Shown: positions 13,759 through 27,367 of the stretch, one piece after another
Position numbering within the stretch: position 1 is the stretch's first letter
Layout: the number at the start of each line of letters is the position of its first letter
Source: Bugula neritina
Taxonomy: Eukaryota; Animalia; Bryozoa
NCBI GenBank assembly: GCA_964035545.1
Contig: OZ037766.1
Coordinates: 32,602,773 to 32,666,772 of the forward strand
Length of the DNA: 64,000 nt
Direction: 5' to 3'
Notes under the pieces: model-generated
Told to the model about the DNA's origin: nothing
Database searches by the model: none
Seen by the model: the letters and a program-made list of their open reading frames with translations, nothing else
Position numbers and translations under genes: made by a program

Positions 13759-16700
13759 CTACTTTGACCTTCTTTTTAAATCTTGCCACTTCTTTGTGGT
13801 ACTCCCAAAGTTGAAGTGAAACAAGCCCTTGGACACAGCTCTGACTTGCAAGCAATCGGAAGGCTGCTTGCCATTACCTGCCGACATATGACCCGTGTTT
13901 GGTGCGGCAGAACTTGGGCTAACTCTCGGCTCACTGAGGGCGTTTCTGTAGTAGTTCAGGTTGCTGACTGATTTCTTCCTCCTTTCACCAAGATCAGTGG
14001 ATGAGTGGGAGATGTAAAGCCTCGCTCCGGGTTGACATTTTTGGCATTGCACTAAGATATAATATATGTGTTCATATAATATGTTCATATATTATAATAC
14101 AATCATATGATAATATATGTTCATATAATATACAATCATATAATGTAATATGTTCATATGATATAATACAATCATATAATATAATTTGTTCATATAATAT
14201 ACAATTAAATAATAATATATGTTTATGTAATATAATATGTTTATATAATATATATAATATGTTTATATAATACAATAATATGTTTATATAATATAATATG
14301 TTTATATACAATATAATGTGTCCATATAATACAACATTATGCGTTCATATAATATATAGTCACATGCTAATATATGATATAAAACATATGCAATTAACAT
14401 ATATTGAAATCACAGAAATAGAAATATACAAACCTTCAGCTGTCTCCATGTCCTTTACCTCATCACTGCTTGTAGGAATCAAAATTGCTGCGGATCTCAA
14501 GGGGTTGTTATCTTTCCCATTGACAAGGTCTGCTCTCACTTCCTTCTTAGCATCTATTGCTAGGTGACACAGTTCAAGGTCCTTTAGCTTTGCTGTAAAT
14601 GTATTTCTAGTATTATATCACAGAGTGCTTTTATTTTAAATTTAATATGACATGCAACCTATTCCAATTTATTTTGGCAAAAAATTGAAATATTTTTAAT
14701 ATATAATTACATATAATATATTATGATATAATATAATATATTCTACTCATACACATACATTGTATATTTACAGCATTTATATTGAATATAAGGAATTCAA
14801 CAGATTTTCTATGCAATTTTGGAAAATGGCAAGCAAAAGAATTAAAAAAACATTACCCTGGTAAAAAAATTATTGAATAATGTGTTTTTGTTGAGTTATA
14901 TATTATATTATAAGCAAATGTGCATTATATTATCAAATTTTCTATTAAAACAAGAAATCAACGTATTTAAGGACAATGGATACATATTTAAATCTTAAAA
15001 TCTTACTTGGTGTAACTTCCGCAGGAGAGTTCGGCCTTGCTTTGTCTTCTGTCCTCACCAACGGACTCACTCTGTTAACAGCTGGCTTTTTCTTTGGCAG
15101 AATCTTAGCAAGTTTTCCTATAAAACACCAAGAGAACTAGGCTTATACTATCTCACTATGATATTCACCAACAGAAGTTATAGCTACTATCTCACTATGA
15201 TATTCACCAAGAGAAGTAGGTTTATAGTTAGAGTCACATTTAGAATATTATCTTCTCAATGAGCTCTTCACCAGCAGTCTGTATACCTGAGATATGAAAT
15301 CTTCTGAAAGAATACTTACCTTTCAAGGTCACATTGATGGCAGGTAAGGAGTTTTCTCCTCTTAGAGAAGCTGCTTTGGAAATTCTTCCAACAGAAAGCG
15401 CTTTTCTCCGCGATTGAATTGACTTCAGTACTGGAGGCTTAATTTCTACAAACAATCTGGCAGTTTTTTATTAAGTATAAATTGTCTTTTACTGCACCTT
15501 TATTCTCTTCTTCACCTTTTCTCAGCAGTAGGTTTTATTTTCAATAAGTGCATCATGTAACTATATATTTTCTAGGTCCTAGATAGTTCTTTAAACAGTC
15601 ATTCCTATAGTACAGTAATTTATTAAACTCATTTGGTTGATAAATACAAAAAATATGCAGCTTGAAGAAATGAAAGCACCATTATAAAAGCTTTTTGCAC
15701 AAACCCGATGATGGAGTAAGGCTCTGTAATAATTTACATTAAACTTACTAAGAGTTTTCTGTTCAATATATCTGAACATTATTTTAGATAAACTATTAAT
15801 ACTAAATACAGGGAGCAGCTGTGGTCTATAAGGGGGTTAAAGCATTTGCCTAGTAAGCACGAAGTCATGGGTTAGAGCCCAGACAAAGGCCATTGGTAAT
15901 GTTGAGAAGAGCATCCAGTCATAATTGCTCCTGTGCTGCATTTGAATAAGTCCTTAGCCCGATTTAACACGAACCCTTTCCATCGAGGTTTCTAACAGGG
16001 ATAGCAACTATAATTGGATTTCTACATTTTCAATTAAATGCAAAATACACTGGTAAAAGATATATACTGCATATAGTTAAGATAGTTGTCTTGCAAGAAT
16101 TTTACATGTTTACAGTCAAGTAATAGGCTAATTGTAAAAGGCGTTGGAAAATTGTTTGAGTTCAAAATGATCTTAGATCTTGCAGCAGGAATTTTTAAGA
16201 TAAAAATAAAAAAATTATGATTGAAGGCTGTTTCTTTATCACGACAAATTGTTTTATTGTTGAAGCAAGTACTATTTAATGTCCAACAGATTTAATTAGC
16301 TATATATATATTTACCGGTTTTTCTTTGACTGCATGACTGCATTCCATCGACTGCACCCAGTTCTAGCTTGTCCTGCTTGAGTCCAACAATTGACTTCTT
16401 AGTTGCTTTCATCTCTTGCTTAGGCTCAGCGACGTGAATTCTCTTTGACAGCAGAGGGAGTGATTTATTGCTTTCTAAAGTAGTTTGGAATTTGAGAAAT
16501 AAAAAGTAATTTTGAATCAGCTGAAAAATAAATTGGAACTTGCATAGAAAGACTAATTTCCCAGGTTAAAAGTCAGTAACAAAAATAGGTCAAAAATATC
16601 AAATTCCTTATTCGAGTACTAACATGTCATACTGATTTGCTTTGAATTAAAAAAATTTAGTAAAAATGTTTTGCAAACTTATTTATTTGTATATATATTT

Positions 16701-18040
16701 AGTTTTATCATTGTATTATAATATAGTGTTATATTTTATGCTAGTAAATCATAGTCATTTATATAATTAGAAATTATAGAAGTTAGGCTTTAGATATGTA
16801 TGTCAGGCAAAAAATATGTTGTATATAGTTACGTATTCTGTAAGACTGCATGTGGCAATGCATGCAATAATTTAGATTATACATTACCATCAGCTTGCGC
16901 AACATTGGCTTCCTTCCAGTCACTAGGTTTACTCGCACTAACATCCTTAACTGTACCGGATGATTTCACTTTCTGCAGGGGCAAAACTTCAGTCAGATCT
17001 TCCTTGGCACTGGGAACCTCCACAGAACTGAGGGTCTTGGGTTGATGGTGAAGCTTTGGCAGCTTCCTAAAGTTGAAGTTGCTGCCTTGCACAGCCGTAC
17101 TAATGCTGTGGGGCGTCACTGCAGATGAGACAGCAAACATGAAAACATAGACCAACGTAGACAGCGGGATAAATAGCTTAAAGCTTGATAAGAACAAAAT
17201 GAAGTTAGAGAAATTAAACAAACATGTAAAAATGTATAACATACAGAACATGAAAACACAAAGCATCTTTTAGCTATTGTCAAACATACAGTTTAGAAGC
17301 AAATTCCAGCTGGGATCCACTCCTAGGAAAGGTTTCATGGCAGAAGTCAGCTAAAAAATTATCTGCTTACTCAGCAAACTCAGAGTTTTTAATAATAAAT
17401 TATTTATGAACCCTTCGGTGCTATATTACACACAATTACTTTGCACTGGATATTATTATAAACAACTAAAACAATTTTATAACTTACTTACATAAAGCAG
17501 TTTTATTATTTTCTATATATTATTGAAATACTTATAGTGGCAGCAGCTTACATTTCTTTTGACCTTTTCCACCCGAGCATCTGTTCCACTCTCAGTCTGT
17601 TAACAAATTGGAATACTCATTATAAATGCAAGTAAAGCTTTTTGCAATCATTCAGTAGATTATATTTAAAATTAGAAAATAAGTATTCATGGTTTTAACA
17701 TGGGAAATACTACTCATGATATTATGTAATAAGTTTACCGCAATGCTGTAAAGCTGACAGAAATTATCCACAAGAACTGAAATGAGCTTCCTGGAGGTAT
17801 CATACTAAAACACAATCTAAACTGTAAGTAAGTTTGTAGTGGTAAGAAATGAAATAATATAGTAATAATATTATTGTATAGATATATAATATACCTATAA
17901 ACCTCCGTAGTCACACAGATATTATAGTTATAGTATTTATATATATATACATGCAGGACAACCATTTAATATAATTTTTATTATGACTCAAGACTTACCG
18001 TATACTTGTTGGACTTAGACATGGTAAGATTTGACATCAT
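13759..18040 (-). CDS. Uncharacterised ~408-aa Lys/Ser-rich, probably disordered protein; 9 exons (17999-18040, 17552-17596, 17290-17350, 16888-17118, ~16316-16474, ~15320-15445, ~15007-15117, ~14434-14592, 13759-~14051)
   Basis: Nine GT-AG exons with matching intron phases (0,0,1,1,1,1,1,1) give one open frame from MMSNLTMSKSNKYT to KKWQDLKRRSK*. No domain recognised. Confidence 0.7.
14055..14390. repeat. AT-rich degenerate repeat (ATATAATATATGTT[CT]AT) filling most of an intron
   Basis: Visible repeats; explains the spurious ORFs at 14001-14311. Confidence 0.75.
15811..15990 (+). mobile_element. tRNA-derived SINE-like fragment in an intron
   Basis: A-box-like TGGTCTATAAGG, an anticodon-like arm TGCC-TAGTAA-GCA and a degenerate B-box GGTTAGAGCCC, followed by non-tRNA GC-richer body sequence. 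No acceptor-stem closure. Confidence 0.6.
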
Positions 18041-19090
18041 AGATAATAATAAACTTCTTTCTCACAATAGTAGTTAGCAAAGGGAAGGTACTATGTTTGT
18101 TTTTTACATTCACAACAATGGTAGAGACGTTACCTAGCAACCTGATTGTTAGCTATTGCATCATCACTGACTAATCATATTAAGTCTAACAATCGTTGTT
18201 TGTGCAACTACAGCACTTATTTAAAATTCACAAAGTTTATAACAAACTGCATATATAAAAAAGTTAAATTACCAAATTCCCAAAATCAAACAGTAAATCT
18301 AAAAGTATGGATTGAAAAATCTTAACGCTTATAGAATAGAAGTCAACTCTGATTTCATGGTTGGAGATGCTCACTGAATGTGCCATTCAGAGCTGGATTA
18401 GTTTTGTAGTCAAAATTCAAAAACTGCATCCTATAGCTTTTACAAACAAAGCCGGAATGCTGAAATGTAACGAAATAGATACCAAAACCATGAATACAAA
18501 ATTTGCAACATGTTCTGCATTTTTACCATTATAAGGTCTAGTTTTTCTTTGACTATTTCTTTTCACACTTCCAGTTTTTTATTTATTCGTTCACTGCTGT
18601 AACTATAATTAGAAATTAGACTATTTTAAATTGTTTTTTGTTAGCTACAATTTCATTTAGATATGCAAGTTAGGGCAAATGCGCTGTTTTACTATGTGTG
18701 GCTATTATTAATTTTATAAAAAAAACTTTCTCTGTATACTATATATACTCATTTGTAATAATAGATTAGTATATCTATTAACCTATGAGTTGTATTTACA
18801 GCACTGGCTAAAACTAGGCTGGCAAGTGAAAGGTTATTTGCTTTACACATCTGCTTTTATTAATTTATTTACAGGAACTTGTTTTAAAGAACCAGAAGTC
18901 TTATTTTATATAATCAATGGTAAGTTTTGAAACTTGTAATGGTAAGAGAAAGTATTATGCAATTATATAGTAAATATAATACGCTTTCTTTAATTCTCTG
19001 AGTAATTAGTTTTAAAATCTATAATATTTCAATTTAAAATAAAATTAGTTTTAAAATTTGCTTTAAATGGTGATTCACTCGAGAAGTAGA

Positions 19091-22000
19091 ATGGGCAAAC
19101 CAAAGGCTCCTCTTATACTGTTACTTCTTTTCTGCTTTCATTGTGAGTATATGCAACACTTGACAGTATTGAAATTTATATGTGGTTCAAATCTCTTCCT
19201 TACTAATTAAGCACTTTTTTTATCATTATTTGCTTTGGGTAGGTATATTATAGACTAAGGCAACTATGGTAGTCTTATAATAAAATACAAATACCTGCAT
19301 GGTTATTCTTAGGTTAATATAATGCGCAGTTAATTATTTATATTGCTAAAGAAACAATGATATGCATATATGCAATATTCACTCAGCACATTGGAAAGTC
19401 ATCATATTTATATTTACATAGATAAAGTGAAAAACGAAATTTCCCAACGCGTGGTTTTATATCTGCCACATAATGTCCTTATCTCTAACTGACTTGAAGA
19501 AAAATCTAAAATAAATGTTGGTGTTAAAATTTGTTTTGATTTACAGGCAGAAGAAGCTGTGATGGAAATGGTTTTGGTGGTAACAATGTTTTTATTGGCA
19601 CTGATGATAATGAAGGTATATATCCATACTACCAATTGTTATATTTATACTGGATGTTGTTATTTGAAATGAATTCAATTTTGATTTCAAATGCTTGGAT
19701 TATCTACTAAACTTCTGAGTTATCCTTCCTTGCTAAGTTCTCTGTCTGTTTGTATCACTACTGGCTGTGTGAATGTAAACTACTATCACCAAACTCAGAA
19801 ATATAAAACTCTCCTCCTTGGATTCTTATTATAACTATATAAAATGTATACCAGCTGTGTCAATATTTGCATAGAACCATTTTCAATAACACTGGCACCT
19901 GATTACTATATTTTTTATACAAAAACATTTTAAGTGTTTCAATTTTCAAATGGAATAAATTAATTTTTTTGTAGTAAGATGCAATTTTTTATAGTTTGCT
20001 GATATCTACAAATTATATTTTTATTGAAGTTATTTTGTGGTCGTCATGACAATATGAGCATTGAATAGAATTTTTCTCTCCTCCAAGGTATGAGTAGTAT
20101 TTGACTGAATTAGTTGGTGTAGCTTATATATCAATGATGAGTGATCACTAAATAAAAAAGAAACAGCAGTTTCCGCAAACATTTCCATATCGCGCCAAAC
20201 AAGCTATAAAAATAAGCGAATGCAGATACATAACTTAAGATAGAAAGGCCAATGTATTTTATCAAAGTTTCTATATTATGTTTAAATTTAACATTATAGG
20301 CAGCCACTTTTAGCACTTGAAAGTGTTAAAAATGACTTTTTGCTATAATTAACTTTTCATTTAAAATATTTTGCAACATTACGATATCGATCCTGTATCA
20401 CATGCTTTTAATAAAGTTTATTGCTTTAAAAATAGAAAAATAATAAAGCTATAGATAATTTTGTGAAAACTATTTAAGAGATATATTATACTTGCCATTA
20501 CTGGATAATGAAATACACAGCGAAAACTCATTATATTCAAGTCCTCAATTAATCAATATAATAATTATTATATTCAAACAACTACTTTTCACAATTTTCT
20601 CCAACACACTGCTAAATCAATAGATTTCATTTCTGAAAACTTCCTGAAGTTGATTAGCCAGGTCAGGGTATAGTGAGAAGTTTGATTCAACTTTTTGTTT
20701 GAGCTGTAAGGTTACCTTTAGCATGAATTAGCATTTTTATTGAGATCTATAGCAGCATTTAAGATTATTTATATAAACATTATTTTTACAAACATATGTA
20801 GTAAAAAGTTATGCTTTCTCAACCATTAAAAAGTAAATAATTTTAGAATGGTTTACAGCTGCTAACAATAATATGTATAAACATATAATTTAGATTTTTT
20901 CTGAATCAATTGTAGAGAGAAAAACATTGTTATAGTTTTCCAAGTGTTTAAATTACTAGATGTTAATGATGCAAACAAAATTTGTAAAAAGCCATAAAAG
21001 GTGTTTTGTAAAATATTGTTTTGCCGTTATAAGGCATAATGTCAGGAGTGCATTGATGTGCTGGATTATGTTAATATGATAAAATGGCCATACGGTATTT
21101 TTATCGTGTTTAATACACAGGCATGTAAACTTTTTATTTTAGTTAGTATACCTGCTGAAGATTTGGACTACGGAAGAAGTGCTGAAGTAGGTGAAGCTGC
21201 ACTCTCCAACACTGAAAACAATTCAGTTAGTAGCAAGCCTGCGGATGGCATAGTTGACAATGAAGCAGCAAATAATAGTAAGACTCCTATTGGCTACACA
21301 CTAACCAATAGTCACAGAAAAGGGACAAACAAAGTTGAGGCTAGCGTTTTTCTGCCATATGATGACTTTACGATGTGCCTTTGGTGGAAGTTTTTTGCAG
21401 ACATATCTACAAAATTTCATCATATTCTTAGTGCAAACGCAACAGGTTTGTGAAATAAATAATTTATACTTTTTTCTTTTTAGCTGAATGTAGTGACTTT
21501 TCTTGTCAGTTTATTTTTAACTTAGCATAAAGTAAATGATTGTTATTTATAAAAATTCAAAGAAAAAATTGATGTTTTTAGTATTGCATTTACTTATATA
21601 TATATAACAGGTAACCAATATTCATTCCACTTTATCTTGGAGCCCTGGACTCAAAATGTACATTTCATGTGGCATAACAGTGGCGCTGTTACCACCTTCC
21701 AATGGGCTAGTGAGACAGAAGTTTGGTGCTTCTGTTGCTTAGCAACTGAGATGGTCACTGATATAAATGGACGAGACAATCTGATACGTGTCAAGGTTCG
21801 GAAGTTAGGCTACCGATTGTTAATTTAAGACAATAAATAATACTGACATATGGACAACATTATCCCCTTAGACACACTTTGCTGTATCGTAGGTCGTGAC
21901 ATGAAATGTCAGCCAATTTTAGTTATATGTTCGGGCAGAAGTTCTAATAGTCCGCTATTGAGTACAATCTTATATGACACCTCATTGGACATTGAGTTGA

Positions 22001-25000
22001 CTCAAACATCTCTCCGTCTTCCTGCAACTTTTTTTAATCAAGCAGTGCTTGATCCTGACGTACCACAACGCCATATGGGAAGCACTGACTGACACTTGTT
22101 GTTACAGCCTACGATACGTTGAAGTGTGTCTAGGGAATATGAGCTGCCATCTCTGCTGTTTTTAAGCATGCAGCAGATGATATTATTTTAAATAATTTAT
22201 ATGGTTTTCACCGATGGGAGGGTTTTGTTAAGAATAAAATGATGAAATGAATTTTGAAAGAGCTAAACAAGTTACAATTATCAACTAAAGCTGATTTTAA
22301 TGTTTTTAAATTTGCAGTACCAGTTTATAATCACAATAATAATTAGACACAGTTATTCAATTAAATGAACAGACAGATTTTTAGCTTTTATTTCATTAGG
22401 TAAAAGTTGTGAAAACCTGGCAAGGAGGACAAGCATTTTGGGAAAATGTCGTGAATATCAAAGGGCCAAGACCTATTGGACTACCACTTTCTTATGAAAC
22501 TAAGTTTGTATTATTTGAACACAGGTCAAATTTAGGTAAACAATTTTCTTTTTGATTTCTTTTCATTTTCTAATTATTTTGTATGCTGTTCAAAAAATAA
22601 TTTGCTCAAGAAGATGTGAAAAAACCTATTAATATAAAAAGTCAACGAATATTTTAATTAATACAAGTATCTTTTGCACTTGAACTTTGGCTTATAATTT
22701 ATAGACAGCAAAATGAGTATGTTTTAAAATTTCCAAACTTGTAAAATTGGTTGCAAAGTCTTCTACTGATCAATGTCTATTTTTGGGTAGTTGGAACTTT
22801 GATTTTATAGATGTTATCTACGAGAGTATCATTGGCTCTGTGTCTTGTATGAACATCTGGAGAGGTGTGTACTCAGAGACGCAGCTCTTGCAGTTTGCTG
22901 ACTGCAACAACCCTGGTGATGTATTCACATTGACACCAGATTCAGTGAGAGTTTATGGTAGCATTACTGTAAGCACTCTGGGAGAGCAACCCGTCACTTC
23001 TACTGCCTCACATGTCTCTCTTGAGGAGTTGTCTTCAACAAAAGGAGAAGTTGTCGTTAGGATCCCAGGTAAATATTATTTAATCTCAAAGAAAGTTAGC
23101 AAAGCTGCACTAATAAGTTATATGCAAAAGTTTTAAGTTATGTAATACAAACTACAAATAAAAAAATTGGATAAAATATTGTAATTTATACAAAATAACT
23201 GGGTAAACACACCATAACAAGCACTGAAGCTAATCTTTCTAGTTATCATTTAGTAAAATTCATGTAGCTGTGTTGTATAGCTTATTAGTGTTATAGCAAC
23301 ATGTAAAGACCCATTACACTTTAGACGATTCAATGATGAGGTGCTATACGCAGGTGCAGACGACCAGAGAAACATTAGCCAGCTGAAGAGACCAGCTCCT
23401 ACTAGCTATACACTGACTAACAACAACAGACGTTGGGAAAACTATGCAGAAGCTGATGTTATTTTATTCACGGATAAGTTGACAATCTGTCTCTGGTGGA
23501 GGGTTGTAGTTCAACTGTCGACAACATTTGAGTATATCCTAAGCTGGAAGGCTACAGGTGTGTTTACAATACAACAATGTTCGGTATTTTTGCACAATAT
23601 TTAGTTGACACCAAGCTAGTTTTTTATACTAGGTGCGCAGTCAAAATTTACTAAATTATTGACTTGTTTTTTTGTTATGAATTTAGTTGTCATAGTTACT
23701 TACTTACAAATCACATGATATGTGTTTAACCAGGCCGAGAATTGACTTTTGCTATTGGATGGGACCCGGATTTAAGCAGCTTCATGTTGTATTTGGAGAG
23801 TGACGAGAGACGCATTCCCTTTACTTGGCATGATCAGACAGACATTTGGAGGTTTTATTGCTTAACGTTTGATGAAAAGATAGAAACTAACGAGGGATCA
23901 TCAGGGTTTGATAACTTCACCACCTTTACCTTTTGTGATGATGTGGCAATGTGCACAACTACATACAATAACATGCTAACAAAAAATACAATTTGAAACT
24001 CGCACAGTTACAATTAGTGCATAAAGTTCTTGTTAACTTTCAAAGCAGTTTTAGATAATCTTTTTAGACTGTATTGTAACAGTGACGTGTGACTTTCTGC
24101 TATTCTATCTCATAAATCAACTAACTGAACGTAGCCAGTGGGCAAAGTCTAGAGAAATTGGTGGAGAGGGGGTTGTTTTCACGCACCCCTGTAAACTCCT
24201 TCACTTACTTCGACCAATGAAGAATTATAGCTATTAAATTATATTTCAGAACCCACACAGTAATTAGTTGCTATATGATTGGTTTATCAAAATATTCGCC
24301 TCAATTAAACTGGCTACTTTTGAAAAAATTATCAAGATGTAACTAAGAAAAGTTTAGAGCAAAATTTTAAAACATTTTCATAACAGAATTTATAAATTTT
24401 ACTTAAAAGCTGATGTTTGTGGAGATTTGGGATGAGAGACAAGCAATGTGGAAAGCTGCTGTAGATGAAGTATTGGTAAAGCCAGCTGGACTATTGCTGT
24501 TTTATGAGACTAAACTTTTCTTCTTCGGCTTCAACCCAACTAAATCAGGTGAGGGTAGCTTATCAAAATGTTGTACTCAACAGCTGTACTGTTATTTTAT
24601 GGCAATATAATATATTGCCTTATAATATGTCATTGCATTTAATATGCAACTTTAAGATGAGGAAGGAACAATGTATATACGCTATATTATATTTGTAAAA
24701 AACTTGGGATTTTTAAAAAAAGTCACTATATATGTAAAGTGCAAGAGATATAATTTAAATTAAAAATTCTTAACAAATTCTTTCTTACCAAGTTGAGCAA
24801 TCAAGCCGGTATTTGGTAAAAAATGCAACTGTGAACTTTATTACAAAAATAAAACTTAATCAAGTTATTTATTCTCTTTCCCATTACTAGTTTGAAAGTC
24901 AAGCTTACAAACTTTTTAGAGTCTGAGCAAGTGGGTGTCCTGGGATCCATATCCTGTGTCAACATCTGGAGAGCAGTCTACAGAAGAAGTGAACTGTCAC

Positions 25001-25724
25001 AGTTTGCTGAGTGCAAAGAACCGGGCACTGTGTTCACATTAGCACCTGGCGTTGTTGAAATTTACGGTGACATCACCGAGAGCAACATTGAAACACAGTC
25101 ACCACTTGTTCTTACTACTCCTGCCATTGAGTCAAGTACAGGAGAAATGAATTCAATCCCAGAAAGTGCAGGTAAAATATTCTTAGTGTAAACTAGTGCT
25201 GCTTGAAGTGCTACCACTATAGTGCTGTTGCTATAGTGCTGCTGCTCGTACACTGCTATAGTGCTGCTACTTCTGTCACCCACATTGCTGCCATAATTTT
25301 GCTGTTTAATGTAACTGATGAATGAGGCCTACCAGAACCACTACTTCACTAATTCATTGAGGGCCTATACACTATTCACACCCCCCCCCACCCGGCTCTT
25401 TGCTTTATTCACAACCCATATTTGCATGTTATTGATTTGTCTTGTGGAACACAACTGAATATGTATTGTTAATTATCAGTTAGACCAACAGACGTCTGGC
25501 ACAAGTTTGAGATAACTTCAGCTGATAGAATGCCAAGTTCATCTGCTCATACTTTGAGTTATCCTTCCTTGCTAAGCTGTCTCTCAGCTTGCATAGACAA
25601 CGACTGTTTGTATGCAAATTACAACCAGCTGAGTTTGAGTTGTGAGATTAGCATCTGGAAATTCTTAGGTTTTCCTGTAACATCTGTTGAAAGTGTGAAG
25701 AGCTATAAGAGAATTCTCCCATAA
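19091..25724 (+). CDS. Secreted protein: signal peptide + two pentraxin/LamG-like domains + C-terminal PAN/Apple domain (paralogue A)
   Basis: Signal exon 19091-19142 (MGKPKAPLILLLLFCFH) is in phase with exon 21143-21445. Each domain spans 4 exons, with motifs YTLTN, FTMCLWWK/LTICLWWR, W.F.CL and GS[VI]SC[MV]NIW....QFA.C..PG.VFTL. Last exon reads YPSLLSCLSACIDNDCLYANYNQLSLSCEI (PAN-like 4-Cys core). Confidence 0.8.
19650..19830 (+). pseudogene. Decayed PAN/Apple exon relic inside intron 1 of paralogue A
   Basis: Translates QMLGLSTKLLSYPSLLSSLSVCITTGCVNVNYYHQ versus QMPELSVQPLSYPSLLTCLSVCLTTGCVNVNYHRQ at 49716-49958. Two Cys are lost and the upstream Trp position reads TGA. Confidence 0.8.
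21864..22135. mobile_element. MITE-like element (~270 bp, ~50-bp imperfect terminal inverted repeats), intronic
   Basis: Left TAGACACACTT.....GTATCGTAGG...AAATGTCAG pairs with right CTGACACTT...CCTACGATAC.....AAGTGTGTCTA. Confidence 0.75.
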
Positions 25725-26981
25725 CATTTATTATAATCATATCAATTTATTAAGGATTTAATAGCATGTCTGTTTAAATTGTAATATGCCAAATGTACCT
25801 AAATCTATATTAAATGGTTAATGACATTTAAATTTAGTAAAAACACAATAGAGCCATCTTTCAAATACGACACTATAAACTGGGTAATAGCTTTGTCAAG
25901 TGTTTTGAAGGAAAATTAATAGAGAAATTGTGTATAGTATTTAGTGCTTGGGTTGAGTGTAAAAGTTGATTTGCAAAGATCAATAGCCACATATATAAAT
26001 TAGAATTAAGAGTTTCTTATTACTATAGACTAATTAATACATATTAATAACAGTGTAGCTTAATTAGCATAAAATGAAATTTTGAAAACTGTAAACATTT
26101 TGCGACCAGCTTACAGGGTCAGGTTTAATACTTACAGTCTGTAAATATCTGAAAAACAACTTTTGTTAAAAATAAAATAAGTAAAAAATAAAGTAATAAA
26201 TATAATATTGTAGTTAATCTGATATATCTTGTATTATTGAGAGTATTACTTGCTTTATATCATAATGTAATTTTTGTGAAATATATTATATTTTAAAAGC
26301 AAAATTAAATAGTAGTATATACGACACTAAACTTTTCATATTGATAAAATTGGTCACTGTTGCACTATAAATATTGTTTATTGTCTTAAAATATGAAATA
26401 GTGTTAATGTGGTATATTTTATGAAAAGCATGCTGAAATATATGGTTTTTGTTTAGACTATGTTTTATATCAAGTATTTGTGTTATAATTGTATTACAAT
26501 GTTGTGAATTAATATGACGCTTTAATAAACGTGTATAAAACATTTCCAAGCATATTTTAATAATCAATGGAAGAAAATAGCTGCTATAGTTGTATACATT
26601 TACTATTTAGCGTTTGCAATTTAAAGAGTAGGAACAACAGCTTTCAGTTGCACGAAGTTACATCTAGACATACAGGCAATGATCATTTTAAGGTTATAGC
26701 TATAACAAGATCATTCTGAAATGCGTCAAAAATTAAGAGCAAATTTTAAGAATAAACTGTCATACAATTTTATTTCTATATCATATAATAAATAAACTGA
26801 GCATGATAAATACAAAAGTTTTCCAATACATACAACAATCATCGGATTGATTGCTTAAACATAAATTAGAAAATGCAATGATGAAAAATTAAGCTTTTCC
26901 AATATGACCAATTGGAATGTAGAACTTGATTTTTTATAGCATAAATTACTAACTTTTTATTATAAACTTTTTAATAAATTC

Positions 26982-27081
<100 letters not shown>

Positions 27082-27367
27082 TTACATATTATATATTATT
27101 ATAATACAAATATGAAATTATAGAGACCTAAACAAACACGTTGCAGTGAGTGCTAATGCGCATCAGATGCTTGGTGGTAGAGAGGTTGCTGGTACGTTGA
27201 CAACCAAGGATGGCGTGACAGCGTGGCAAACAACAGATAGTCAAGCAGTGAGGCAGCATAATGCCCTCTAGCTACTGCTTGTTCCAAACATTTCCATCAC
27301 TGCTAGTTGCTTGAGTGACTTACCAAATCTTCTCTTACCAAGTCAACTTTGTGGAACAACTTGCACA

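Noticed and set aside
15811-15890. Functional tRNA-Thr gene
   Set aside because: The T-loop lacks TTC (GGTTAGA), the acceptor stem does not pair, and the sequence continues into a SINE-like body.
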